DNA from: an uncultured Poribacteria bacterium
Lineage (GTDB): Bacteria > Poribacteria > WGA-4E > WGA-3G
Length of the DNA stretch: 64,000 nucleotides
Assembly: GCA_958296135.2 (NCBI GenBank)
Contig: CATQHZ020000001.1
Coordinates: 3,840,001-3,904,000 of the forward strand
Reading direction: 5' to 3'
The notes beneath the pieces were generated by a model. The model saw only the letters and a list, made by a program, of their open reading frames with translations. It ran no database searches and was not told where the DNA came from. A program made the position numbers and the translations under genes. Below are positions 48,702 through 59,009 of the stretch, one piece after another (the first letter of the stretch is position 1; each line of letters opens with the position of its first letter).

Positions 48702-51700
48702 GGTTTGGGTGAATCCGGATATGGTGGCCACAACCTCAGAAGATAACACGCCTAACACAATTAGCACGGACTTGGGCTATGGCGCGAATCCGGCTTCAGG
48801 GCAGATAGTCGGCGCAGCCAACGCAGCTCGGCTGCCTAAGTTTGTTGCAAGCACCGGTTTTGCAAACGGTACGCTGAGCGGCGGGACAAAAGTGACCGCG
48901 GCCAACGCAAGTTCAACCACAGCGGTGTTTGGGGACACAATTGCGATTGTGATTAACATGAGCGAATCTAGTAGCAACCTAGACTGGCACTTCGGAAGTA
49001 TACTGATACCGGGTTATGATGGATGGGCAGGAGGAACCCGAACCTTGTATGCTAGCCGCGCTCTTGCAGCACCAAGCGCACCCCTGTATAACCTGAATCT
49101 ATCAGATGCCTCACTAGTTTATGCCTTTACGGTGAGGGCGGATGACTACGACACTGATGGCGGTTGGTTTACGTTTGCTAACGGTGCCTCGCCCTTTAGA
49201 GTAGACGCAAACACCGCACCTCCAGACGGGGGGTTTGACCCAGCCGCCATCCACTACCCCATAGTGGATGGCGGTGCCCCGAATCTGGCAGCGGCAGCCG
49301 AATTCCCGGTGAAGTTCGTTGGTGCCCCGACCCATACCGGACCGTCCCGCTATTACCAGGTGCGCCAAGAGTGTCTCCAATATCACGGTCTCTTCGGCGA
49401 CGCTTACACGACTGCATGCACTTTGGTGCACACGCATGGTTGGGCCCTTGCCGACGAGGTGAATTTGGACAATAGCCCGCAAGCCGCCTTTTACGGCCTA
49501 GGCGACACCATTGCAATTCAGGTGACGTTTAGTAAATCCGTCATCGCCGACGCTGGTGTGACGCTGAAGGTGCAACCCCCGTTCGGCGGATCGGAAACGT
49601 TGTTTGAACTCACCGATGCGGATAGGACTGACGGAGATAAAACGCTCACCTTCCGATACACCGTGAAAGCGGGAGATCGGAAGTTCAGTAGCATCGATAT
49701 CGAGGACCAAAATCTGAGGCATAATACCCGTGCTAGTCGGAATTCTGAAGATTTTATTTTAAACCCGAAGCACATAAGGGGCCAGGGTGGCATCTCTTTT
49801 GATTCGGATTTGAGGTTTACTCACGATTTTGAAACGCCGCTTCGGGCGTTTCTGATCAACGAGCCTATGCTCAGCAGTTGGGAGGATGCGAGTTATAAAT
49901 ATGGGGATTCCGACGCATATGCCGATGAATACGCCCTGGCGGTCATCAAGCACCTTGTGGATGCTGTCCCGCCGACGGTGTGGATTGCCGGCTTGATAAA
50001 GAATGGGGAGACGCACACCGAGGATAGGCGCAACGCGATCGTCAACCTGGATCCCAGTGCATCTGGGTTCCCTGTGACAGATTTCGCGGCAGAGATTACG
50101 GAGTCGGTGTCGCAGTCTGGCGCGTTTGACGTTGAATTCCGCTTTACGAACCATTACAAATCGGATGGTGCCCTCGCCGAGGAAATCGGGACGACGTTTG
50201 GCGCGGAGGACATCGTCCTCACCGATGCAGCTGGGAATTCGCTGGACTGGACGGTTGCTGCCCCGGTTTACATTGGGCTTGACCATCGTGCAGCACAGAA
50301 TTATGGTGACACGACGCCTCCCGATGGGCATGCGCCCGGTGATGCGAAGGGTTCAGCGTCGTTCCTCGTCTACAAAGCGACGATTACGCCGCCGTTCGGT
50401 TTCGTCGGCGATGTCACTATCGCATTGCCGGCGGGTGCCACGATGGACATTGCGGGCAACGCCAGTCTGGCATCGAATACGTTGACGGTGCCGGTGGACA
50501 ATCCGTTGCGCGTGGTGGAACCGCCGGAGATTGTCGAGCCCCCCGCGGGTGTCTATACCGCCGGGGATAAGATTGAAGTGTCGGTGACGTATGCCCAGGA
50601 GAATCTGCGGTATGAAGGGGCGAACCCGCCGTATCTGGTGGTGTATCTGGGTGAACAGGTGTTAGCCAATGCGCGGCATGCTGTTTGGACAGCGGCGGCA
50701 GCCACAAATTCAACAACAGTGACATTCGCGTATACGGTGGCAGCCACGGACACGGTGACGGATGCAGTGCGTGCTCCCTCTGTCGAGATACTGGTGCCGG
50801 AAGAAACGACGTTGCTGTCTGGGCCCCTAGGTGCGCCGGATGGGCAGCAGGTTGGGACAGCGGCACCAGCTGTTGCGTCTGGTGCTGCGCCGGCCTCGGT
50901 GCCGGTGTTAGCCCCGGTGGAAAATACGTCTGGGCGGGAGGTTGCGCCTGTCGTCCGGAAGACACCGGTTATACCGGTTGTGCCGTTTTTCCCCGAGGCG
51001 GCTTCGCCGAAGGCTGCTGCGTCTGCTGTGCCACGTTCGCCCATTGTTTTCAACGAGTTGGGCAATGGCAGCGGTGCTGCAAACGACTGGCTGGAGCTCC
51101 GCAATGTCACGGGTTCGGAGGTATCCCTGAAAGACTATGAGCTTTCGGTTGTGGCCGATGGGCAAAAGGAAGATACATCGCTCGTCGTTTTCGCGGATGT
51201 GAGCGTGCCGGCCCATGGGCTCTTACTCATCACGAACAGTGCGCCGGATAAAACGCCGCTGGCAGGTGGTGAGCAGAGAGGGTTGTCGCATGCGTTTTTG
51301 GTGGATGCGGGGCTCTCGCTGCCGGATGATGGGAAGTTCCTGTTGATTCTGCGGAACGCGAAGGAGAAACTCGGTATGAACGAGGCATTTGTCGATGTCG
51401 CCGGTGGCGGTGGCAGTGACACGGATGCGTTCGTTCGCGAGCAGACAGGGGACTATGATACATACGTGTGGCCGTTGCAAGTGCTACAAGCTCCCGGTGG
51501 TGATACCGAAGGGGCCCTCGGCTCCGGTAAGGTGTGGCAGCGTGCCAAGGCTGATATTGTGGGTTACCACAAAGATGCCTGGGCAGAAGCCGCCTTCACC
51601 GGTATCGGCTATGACAGGAATGTTTCCCAGTCGGCGGCGACGGGTGGCACACCGGGGTATCCGAATGGTGCCGTGAAAACGGCAGCAGCTACGCCGAAAG

Positions 51701-52695
51701 GCAGTATCACCATCAGCGAAGTGATGTTCGATTCGGGTGGTGGGACACTGCCGCAGTGGATAGAGCTGTATAATAAATCCAAAACGGAGGCACTCAATCT
51801 GAACCGGTGGCAATTGGAGTTCCAGAATGTGGATTCCGAGGAGCTCGTCGGTAGGCCGATTGTGGCGTTGACGTTGCAAGAGAAGGTGATTCAACCGAAT
51901 CAGACGCTGCTCATCGTCGCGGGGCCGGCGCGTGCGTCATCAAGCACGGCGTTTCCTGCGGAGCGCGTTTACAACCTGTTGGATTTGCATCAGCGGAACC
52001 TGCGCATTAAGACTGCGCGGGATACGTTCCTGAGCGCGGAAGGCTTCTACCTGAAACTTACCGATAGCAACGGTAACCTCGTAGACGAGGTTGGCAACAC
52101 TGATGGCAATCGTCGGACGAAAGATGCACCGGCGTGGGCGTTACCGGTGAGTGGCGAGGAAGGTGTTCGGAGTTCGCTGATTCGGCGTTACGACAAAGGC
52201 GTGGCACTGAAAGGGAAGGAGCGCGCGAGTTGGGCTCTGGCATCGAACGTCAAGCGACTCGCCGTGTCAGACCTCCACTATGGGCATGCTGAGGACATCG
52301 GCACGCCGGGGTATCGCGCTGGCGGTGCCTTGCCGGTGGAGTTGTCAAGTTTCACCGTGGCGCGCACGGAGGCAGGTGCGGTTGTCGTGACATGGACGAC
52401 GGAGTCCGAAGTTGACAATGCTGGCTTCAACCTGCGCCGCAGCGAGAAACGCGACAGCGGTTTCACGCTGCTGAATGCTGCGCTGATTGCGGGTGCTGGC
52501 ACGACAGGTGAGCGTCAGACGTATACGTTTACGGACACGTCTGCGAAGCCGGGTGTTGAGTATTACTATCAGATCGAGGAGGTCGCGTTTGATGGGCGGC
52601 CGGTGACGTTGGCGACGCGGATGTTGCGGGGGCCAGTCTCTGCGGCAAATCGGATGCTGACGACGTTCGGTGCTGTGAAGCAGCAGGCGAAATAG
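48592..52695 (+). CDS. Large secreted/surface protein with Ig-like and lamin-tail domains
   Basis: Signal peptide MKRHSIFFLCLLLVVGIV; DIAGN Ig-like motif; two LTD-like units (IVFNEL..DWLELRN, ITISEVMF..QWIELYN); LPVELSSF C-terminal domain. Confidence 0.85.
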   Translation: MKRHSIFFLCLLLVVGIVSMLGIPTDAYAAIVIDTIEVWVNPDMVATTSEDNTPNTISTDLGYGANPASGQIVGAANAARLPKFVASTGFANGTLSGGTKVTAANASSTTAVFGDTIAIVINMSESSSNLDWHFGSILIPGYDGWAGGTRTLYASRALAAPSAPLYNLNLSDASLVYAFTVRADDYDTDGGWFTFANGASPFRVDANTAPPDGGFDPAAIHYPIVDGGAPNLAAAAEFPVKFVGAPTHTGPSRYYQVRQECLQYHGLFGDAYTTACTLVHTHGWALADEVNLDNSPQAAFYGLGDTIAIQVTFSKSVIADAGVTLKVQPPFGGSETLFELTDADRTDGDKTLTFRYTVKAGDRKFSSIDIEDQNLRHNTRASRNSEDFILNPKHIRGQGGISFDSDLRFTHDFETPLRAFLINEPMLSSWEDASYKYGDSDAYADEYALAVIKHLVDAVPPTVWIAGLIKNGETHTEDRRNAIVNLDPSASGFPVTDFAAEITESVSQSGAFDVEFRFTNHYKSDGALAEEIGTTFGAEDIVLTDAAGNSLDWTVAAPVYIGLDHRAAQNYGDTTPPDGHAPGDAKGSASFLVYKATITPPFGFVGDVTIALPAGATMDIAGNASLASNTLTVPVDNPLRVVEPPEIVEPPAGVYTAGDKIEVSVTYAQENLRYEGANPPYLVVYLGEQVLANARHAVWTAAAATNSTTVTFAYTVAATDTVTDAVRAPSVEILVPEETTLLSGPLGAPDGQQVGTAAPAVASGAAPASVPVLAPVENTSGREVAPVVRKTPVIPVVPFFPEAASPKAAASAVPRSPIVFNELGNGSGAANDWLELRNVTGSEVSLKDYELSVVADGQKEDTSLVVFADVSVPAHGLLLITNSAPDKTPLAGGEQRGLSHAFLVDAGLSLPDDGKFLLILRNAKEKLGMNEAFVDVAGGGGSDTDAFVREQTGDYDTYVWPLQVLQAPGGDTEGALGSGKVWQRAKADIVGYHKDAWAEAAFTGIGYDRNVSQSAATGGTPGYPNGAVKTAAATPKGSITISEVMFDSGGGTLPQWIELYNKSKTEALNLNRWQLEFQNVDSEELVGRPIVALTLQEKVIQPNQTLLIVAGPARASSSTAFPAERVYNLLDLHQRNLRIKTARDTFLSAEGFYLKLTDSNGNLVDEVGNTDGNRRTKDAPAWALPVSGEEGVRSSLIRRYDKGVALKGKERASWALASNVKRLAVSDLHYGHAEDIGTPGYRAGGALPVELSSFTVARTEAGAVVVTWTTESEVDNAGFNLRRSEKRDSGFTLLNAALIAGAGTTGERQTYTFTDTSAKPGVEYYYQIEEVAFDGRPVTLATRMLRGPVSAANRMLTTFGAVKQQAK

Positions 52696-52779
52696 ATGGA
52701 GGGCGGGGCTGTGCCTCGCCATGTAGAAAACGGCCGTGGCCCCTTGGGGCTGCGGCTGTTTTTTTCGTGCGTGATGGTA

Positions 52780-53390
52780 AAAAGGCCCTTAGTCCGTAGG
52801 GCGCGGTCCTGTGCCGCGCCATGCTGCGGTAAAAAGGGCCCCTTCTACCGTCGGGCGAGGGCCGTCACGGTCACGCCTACAGAAAACGTGCGTGTGTCGC
52901 TTCGCGAAAGCACGCTACCTTTAACTTTGTCATCTCTGCAGCCTCGCTGCAGAGATGTCCACTGTCCCTCGCCGTGCCTCGCGCGAACGATCTCTGGCGC
53001 GAGGTAAAAAGGGGCCTTTCTTGTCGCGTGGACGATCGCGAGGGGAACCCTCGGCGATTAGTGATCGCCGGGCCCTCGCGCTACGGTGAAAGGGGCCTCT
53101 TTCGCGCGTCGGTGAAAAGGCCCCTTGTCCCGTAGGGCGCGGTCCTGTGCCGCGCCATGCATCGGTGAAAAGGCCCTTAGTCCGTAGGGCGCGGTCCTGT
53201 GCCGCGCCAGGCATCGGTCTATCGAGAGAGATCGCGAGGGACAGGCCCTCGCGCTACGGTGAAAGGGGGGCTGTTTGGGAGGTCAGGCCCTCGCGGCGGA
53301 CAGGCCCCCGCGCTACAGTGAAAAGGGGCCTTCGGTTAAAAGGCTCCTTAGTCCGTAGGGCGCGGTCCTGTGCCGCGCTATGCTTCGGTC
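52780..53390. repeat. REP/BIME-like repeat array
   Basis: Four copies of the GTAGGGCGCGGTCCTGTGCCGCGC unit plus second hairpin type; same orientation as 46795-47825. Confidence 0.9.
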
Positions 53391-53433
53391 TGTAGAGAAG
53401 ATGAAGGAAATTTGTCATTTTTTCAAATTTTTC

Positions 53434-53535
53434 TTGACAAACGCGAGAAATGTGGGTATAATTAAGGGCATAAATGTCACTAATTACCATTTTTCGCGTT
53501 TTTTTCTTGACAAACGCGGGAAATGTGGGTATAAT
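53434..53535 (+). promoter_or_regulatory. Duplicated sigma70 promoter
   Basis: TTGACAAACGCGRGAAATGTGGGTATAAT at 53434 and 53507. Confidence 0.85.
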
Positions 53536-53538
53536 TAA

Positions 53539-53727
53539 GATAATGAGATTCGTTATCACGAAATTACGCGCGACTGCAGCGTGCCGCTTACAGAAAATGT
53601 GATGAACGCGGAAATCGTGAACATTATTAAGATAATGAGATTCATTATCAGTTTTATAACGGCACATCAGGAAGGTTTTCCATACCCGCCTGCCTAACGA
53701 AATTTTGTGATAATGAATATCAATATC
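53539..53727. promoter_or_regulatory. Three Fur boxes
   Basis: GATAATGAGATTCGTTATC (53539), GATAATGAGATTCATTATC (53631), GATAATGAATATCAATATC (53709) versus consensus GATAATGATAATCATTATC. Confidence 0.88.
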
Positions 53728-53741
53728 AAAATAGAGTCAAT

Positions 53742-54968
53742 ATGAAAAAACAACTGGCTTTCCTCACCGTTTGGGGAATGTTTATTTGCATAGGCGCGAC
53801 CGCCGCGGGCGAAGCTAATCCGTTCTCGGTTTCCGGGTACGGCGTGATTCACTATTCTCACTTCAATTGGGAACTTGACCCGGGCCGGCGCGCCGCCATT
53901 GACGTGGAACGCCTCGTCATCGCACCGAAATACCGACTCAACGACACCATCCGCCTCGAAGCGGAACTGGAATTTGAGCACGGCGGCACCGGCAGCACGA
54001 TGGAATTCGACAAATTCGAGGAATTCGGCGAATTTGAGACAGAGATAGAGAAGGGCGGCGAAGTCATCGTCGAGAAAATGGCAGCCGTGTTCTCTCTAAA
54101 GCCAGCACTCAACTTTCGCATCGGACATATTATCGTTCCGGTCGGACTGGTGGCAAAGCGGCACCGGCCGCAGCACTACTTTACCACGACGCGGCCGGAG
54201 GCAGAAACGCATCTCATACCGACTATTTGGCACGAGACCGGGGTTGAACTCTTCGGCACACTCGGCGCGTTCAACTATCAAGCGCAAATCGTCAACGGAT
54301 TAGATTCAACCGGGTTTAGTTCGCGCCACTGGATAGTGCCAGGGCATCAACTGCGGTTTGAGACAATCAACGCCGAGGCACCCGCATTTGTGGGACGACT
54401 CGATTACGCGATGCGTGAAGGAGCAACTATCGGCATCGCCGGCTATTATGGAGACACTGCCGCCAATCGTCCGAAACCCGATGTCGACTTCACTGCAAAC
54501 GTCGGAATTGTCAGCCTGCACGGGTTTTATGAAGTGAACGCCGTGAAGGTGCGCGGTCTGGTGCTTTGGGGAACGCTCGAAAACGCAGACAGGCTCTCCA
54601 AAGTCAACCGCACGCTCTCCAATAACCTCAATGTAAAGCGGACACCTATCGGCAGCACCGCCTTCGGGTGGTATCTTGAAGCAGGTTACGATGTGTTGTC
54701 GCTTTTTAGGGCCGCGCGCGCAAAAAGTGCGACACCTCGTGCAACATTAGATGCATTCGCCCGTTACGATTATTACGATACAATGGCCAGCGTCGAAGGC
54801 GTTATCTTTGACAACCCGCGGTGGGAACGCACCACGTGGACATTCGGCGTGAACTACCACGCACATCCGCAGCTCGTTTTCAAAGCACACTACTCCCTTC
54901 GGCGACTCGCCACAAAGGATAAAAATCGGGAGAATACCTTTTCACTCGGTTTTGGTTTTCAATATTAA
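53742..54968 (+). CDS. Outer-membrane porin-like protein (imelysin-associated)
   Basis: Signal peptide, ELEFEHGG, IPTIWHETG, C-terminal FGFQY beta-signal. Confidence 0.8.
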   Translation: MKKQLAFLTVWGMFICIGATAAGEANPFSVSGYGVIHYSHFNWELDPGRRAAIDVERLVIAPKYRLNDTIRLEAELEFEHGGTGSTMEFDKFEEFGEFETEIEKGGEVIVEKMAAVFSLKPALNFRIGHIIVPVGLVAKRHRPQHYFTTTRPEAETHLIPTIWHETGVELFGTLGAFNYQAQIVNGLDSTGFSSRHWIVPGHQLRFETINAEAPAFVGRLDYAMREGATIGIAGYYGDTAANRPKPDVDFTANVGIVSLHGFYEVNAVKVRGLVLWGTLENADRLSKVNRTLSNNLNVKRTPIGSTAFGWYLEAGYDVLSLFRAARAKSATPRATLDAFARYDYYDTMASVEGVIFDNPRWERTTWTFGVNYHAHPQLVFKAHYSLRRLATKDKNRENTFSLGFGFQY

Positions 54969-55048
54969 TTCATGTTTCATCAGACGTAGCGCGAGGGAAA
55001 ACCTGTCCCTCGAAATCATCAAAAATACGGAGGAACTAACGCCTGTCA

Positions 55049-56167
55049 ATGACAGGCAAGATAAACGTTATGAAATGCTATAAACTCTGGCACTTGTTCT
55101 CTTGCATGCTACTCGCATTCGCTATAGTTGGCGGATGTGGGAGCGACGACGAAGACGAACAGGATACTGAAGCCAATGTCAGCACGGCAGCCTTTGAAAC
55201 AGGCACGATGCTCAATGACTTCGCCAACACCGTCGTGTTAGCTACCTATACCGAGTTAGACAACAAGGCAGATGAACTGCTGACGGCTGTCAAAGCGTTG
55301 GCGGCGGATACCTCGCAGGCGAACCTCGAAAAAGCGCAAGCAGCATGGAAGGCGACGCGAACGCCCTGGGAACAGAGCGAGTCGTTCCTATTCGGGCCCG
55401 TTGATACCCAAGGACTGGACCCGGCACTTGACAGTTGGCCCGTAGATCACGTGAATCTCCAATCCGTTTTGGACAGCAACGACACGCTCACGGTGGACTT
55501 TGTCAGCGGTTTGGAAGACACACAGAAAGGGTTCCACACGATTGAGTTCCTGCTGTTCCGCGAGGGAAACCAGCGCAAGGCATCGGACATCACCAAGCGC
55601 GAATTGGAATACCTCGTCTCAACGACACAGAATCTCAAAACGAGCACTTCGCAATTGCGCCTCGCGTGGGCACCAGAAGGCGAGAATTTCGGCAGTGCCG
55701 TCGCGCAAGCAGGGGCCGGCAGCGCGATTTACCCATCGCAGAATGCCGCCGTGCAGGAGATGGTGAACGGCATGATAACCATCGCCGATGAAGTCGCCAA
55801 CGGCAAAATCTCCGACCCTTACAACGAATCGAACACTACGCTCGTCGAATCGCAGTTTAGTTTCAATTCCATCTCGGATTTCCAAGACAATATCCGGGGG
55901 ATTCAGAATGTCTACATGGGGAAATTCGTGGCAGATGGACAGGGACTCAACGAATTTGTGAATAGCAAAGATGCAACGTTGGACGCACGCTTCCAAGCGG
56001 AGGTGCAAGCGGCCATTGATACTATCGGTGCCATTCCAACTCCGTTCCGCGATGCAATTACTGCCAATCGTGCCGATGTCCAAGCCGCGATTGACGCTGT
56101 TAGCAAGGTGCAGCAAACGCTAGAACAAGATATCCTCCCGCTTGTCCAAGCGAGTGAGTTTAACTAA
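55049..56167 (+). CDS. Imelysin/IrpA-family iron-regulated lipoprotein
   Basis: Lipobox GGC; GFHTIE (GxHxxE) motif; WEQSESFLFGP, LDSWP. Confidence 0.9.
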   Translation: MTGKINVMKCYKLWHLFSCMLLAFAIVGGCGSDDEDEQDTEANVSTAAFETGTMLNDFANTVVLATYTELDNKADELLTAVKALAADTSQANLEKAQAAWKATRTPWEQSESFLFGPVDTQGLDPALDSWPVDHVNLQSVLDSNDTLTVDFVSGLEDTQKGFHTIEFLLFREGNQRKASDITKRELEYLVSTTQNLKTSTSQLRLAWAPEGENFGSAVAQAGAGSAIYPSQNAAVQEMVNGMITIADEVANGKISDPYNESNTTLVESQFSFNSISDFQDNIRGIQNVYMGKFVADGQGLNEFVNSKDATLDARFQAEVQAAIDTIGAIPTPFRDAITANRADVQAAIDAVSKVQQTLEQDILPLVQASEFN

Positions 56168-56233
56168 TCCTTGAAACCGGTAGGGCGAGGGAAACCTGTC
56201 CCTCGCCATGCCACAGACTAGCAAGGCAACGTC

Positions 56234-57643
56234 ATGAAACATCATATTTGGCTATCCTTAACTCTCTTCGGATTACTGCTGCAGGGTGCTTGCGACTCCA
56301 CATCACCCATCGCCGTGGACTCCATGCAGACGTTTTCTACCGGCGCACTTTCCGGGGGCGAAACCACTGTCTTTGACGAATCCAGCCATGCCTTCTCGGT
56401 GCCCGCGCCCAATCTGAGCGCGGAAGCACTGGCAAAACATCTGGAAGGCGACGTTGAATTTGAGGCAGTGTTTGTGACAGCACCTGCAGTGGTGAATCCT
56501 GGGCTCGGACCTGTCTATAACAACGTCTCGTGCATCAACTGCCATGCACGCGATGGCCGGGGCAGACCGCCGCGTACCAACGAGGAACTGGTAGCACTGC
56601 TCTTTCGGCTGAGTCTGCCGCAGACTGACTCCGTGCAAGAAGGAAAACCGCCGATGCCAGTGCCGGGCTTCGGCACACAACTGAACAATCGCGCCATTGT
56701 CGGCACGCCGCCGGAAGGCACCGTCCAGATAGACTGGACTGAAAAACCGTTGACGACAGAAAATGGCACGCGTGTGCATCTGCGCCATCCGAACTACACG
56801 CTTACGGAAACCTATCGTCCGCTGCCAGCTGACGTTGAAGTGTCGCCGCGTGTCGCGCCAGCAGTCTTTGGCCTCGGGTTGCTAGAAGCCATCCCGGCAG
56901 AAGCCATCCTCGCCTATGCAGACGAAGCCGATAGCAACGGTGACGGCATCTCCGGCAAGCCGAATTATGTATGGGATGTGGTGCAACAGCGGAACACCCT
57001 CGGGCGATTCGGGTGGAAGGCGAACCAGCCGACGCTCCTGCAGCAGGTAGCCTCGGCGTATCACGACGACATGGGTATCACCACCGCGCTGTTCCTGCTA
57101 GAAAATTCGGTAGGGCAATACCCCGATAGGAATGAGAGCCCAAGCGCGACAGCAACGCCAGAGGTAAGCGACGATATCCTAGAAGTCGTGACATTCTACG
57201 TTCAAACGTTGGCGGTGCCAGCGCGGCGGAATGTGGATAACTCACAAGTCCAACAAGGGGAACGACTTTTTGCGCAAGCGCAGTGTGCAAGCTGCCACGT
57301 CCCGACATTCAGGACAGGCGTTTTACGCGGTGTACCATCAGTTAGCAATCAGACAATCCATCCCTATACGGATTTGCTGTTACACGATATGGGCCCCGGT
57401 TTGGCAGACAACCGTCCCGATTTTCACGCAAGCGGGACAGAATGGCGAACGCCGCCGCTGTGGGGTATCGGCCTGGTGCAGCGGGTGAACGGCCACACGA
57501 ACTTCCTCCACGATGGCAGAGCGCGCAACTTAATGGAAGCGATCTTCTGGCACGGTGGAGAAGCAGAGGCATCGCGGCGCGCCGTTGAACGGATGTCGCA
57601 GGCAGAACGCGACGCGCTGATTATGTTTTTGGAATCATTGTAA
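56234..57643 (+). CDS. Di-heme oxidoreductase family protein (DUF1111/IrpB-like)
   Basis: CINCH and CASCH heme motifs, GRFGWKA, WRTPPLWG, LHDGRAR. Confidence 0.92.
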   Translation: MKHHIWLSLTLFGLLLQGACDSTSPIAVDSMQTFSTGALSGGETTVFDESSHAFSVPAPNLSAEALAKHLEGDVEFEAVFVTAPAVVNPGLGPVYNNVSCINCHARDGRGRPPRTNEELVALLFRLSLPQTDSVQEGKPPMPVPGFGTQLNNRAIVGTPPEGTVQIDWTEKPLTTENGTRVHLRHPNYTLTETYRPLPADVEVSPRVAPAVFGLGLLEAIPAEAILAYADEADSNGDGISGKPNYVWDVVQQRNTLGRFGWKANQPTLLQQVASAYHDDMGITTALFLLENSVGQYPDRNESPSATATPEVSDDILEVVTFYVQTLAVPARRNVDNSQVQQGERLFAQAQCASCHVPTFRTGVLRGVPSVSNQTIHPYTDLLLHDMGPGLADNRPDFHASGTEWRTPPLWGIGLVQRVNGHTNFLHDGRARNLMEAIFWHGGEAEASRRAVERMSQAERDALIMFLESL

Positions 57644-57813
57644 GGGATACTGGCTCTGGCACTTGAGAGCCCCAGGCTTGTTTGTTAGGACAGAATTTAC
57701 GTTGCAATCGCCATTCACGATTTGAATCGCGCCTCAATGTATGCATACCGGTTGCTCATGTTAAAAAACGGCGTTTCAGTCGCGTGCGGCCCCCGAAAAA
57801 TGCCAAAAAAAAC

Positions 57814-57842
57814 TTGACATCCCGCCTCACTTGTGGTATACT
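57814..57842 (+). promoter_or_regulatory. Sigma70 promoter
   Basis: TTGACA-17-TATACT upstream of RBS AGGAGG. Confidence 0.75.
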
Positions 57843-57872
57843 ATTAACAATCTAAGCAGAAGGAGGCATATC

Positions 57873-58334
57873 ATGACAGAAGAAAAAAGAGAGACGATTG
57901 TCAAAGAGTTGACTATCGCTTATTGGGCGGAGATGGAAACCACGATTAACTACCTGGCGATTTCTGTCGATTTGGATGGCATTCGCGCCGAAGAGATTAA
58001 GAAGTCTCTCGCAGCGGATATCCAAGCGGAGCTCACGCATGCACAAGAACTCGCGCAACGCATCAAAGAAATCGGCGGCCGCATCCAGGGCTCTCTCGCC
58101 TTTAAACCGGAACAGGCCTCGCTCCAACCGCCTGCAGATACAACAGATGTCGTGGCGGCCATCCACGGGGTTATTGAGGCAGAAAACGGCGCGATCGAAC
58201 AGTATAACAAAATTATTCGGTTGTGCGACGGAATCGACTACGTCACGCAAGATCTCTGCATCAAACTCCTCGCGGATGAGGAAAAGCACCGGCGCGAATT
58301 TGTCGGATTTCTCAAGGAATATGAGAAAGACTGA
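57873..58334 (+). CDS. Ferritin-like / bacterioferritin-type diiron protein
   Basis: E...ELTH...E...DEEKH four-helix diiron pattern. Confidence 0.88.
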   Translation: MTEEKRETIVKELTIAYWAEMETTINYLAISVDLDGIRAEEIKKSLAADIQAELTHAQELAQRIKEIGGRIQGSLAFKPEQASLQPPADTTDVVAAIHGVIEAENGAIEQYNKIIRLCDGIDYVTQDLCIKLLADEEKHRREFVGFLKEYEKD

Positions 58335-58436
58335 TTCGGCTGTCCCATTGAGCATGGCGGGGGCCTGTCCCCCGCGCTCGCTCTCAGGAAACGATGAACA
58401 ACGGGTAGCGATGCCCGTTGTTCGCTTTTAACGCCG

Positions 58437-58943
58437 CTATTTCTTTGTCAAAACAGTCTCCGCGCCATCATCGTTGGTTAAGGTGAGGATGTCTCCTTCC
58501 AAACCCCACGTTCCATTCCAATCTTCTAATTCGGCATCTTCCTCGGTCTGCGCGGCGAGCCCTTTAGCAAGACTGTCAAGTTCTTCTCTGGCAACATCAA
58601 TGGATGCTAATGGGAAAGCAAACTCAACAGTTGCATCTGCAGACTCGTGAACCAGCGTCAAAGTTGAACCAGACACGGCATAAGTCCCTTGTATCGCCAG
58701 ATCGACATTGAAAGTTAGCCCATCCTCTTGCCCTTCCACGCGGGCTTTCCAGAGCAATGAACTATCGGCAGCAAAGACAACTTCAATCCATTGGGTTGTT
58801 TCGTCATCGGGCACAACGGTTCCCCAAGTTCCAACCAGGTCTTCTGCAGATGGTTCATCGGCATCGCCGCCGCAACCGCTGAGCACGACTACCAGCGTGA
58901 GACCGGAAAGCAGCATCGCGATAACAACATTCTTCCCAATCAC
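58437..58943 (-). CDS. Acidic lipoprotein, lipocalin-like
   Basis: Lipobox LSGC, LVGTW, GTY/GTW strands; GTG start after GGAGG. Confidence 0.7.
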   Translation of the reverse strand: MIGKNVVIAMLLSGLTLVVVLSGCGGDADEPSAEDLVGTWGTVVPDDETTQWIEVVFAADSSLLWKARVEGQEDGLTFNVDLAIQGTYAVSGSTLTLVHESADATVEFAFPLASIDVAREELDSLAKGLAAQTEEDAELEDWNGTWGLEGDILTLTNDDGAETVLTKK

Positions 58944-59009
58944 TTCTCCACCTCCCATAAAAGGCATTTGAAATGTTTGTTGATTTGATAGCGTGCTACC
59001 TTCGGTTAA

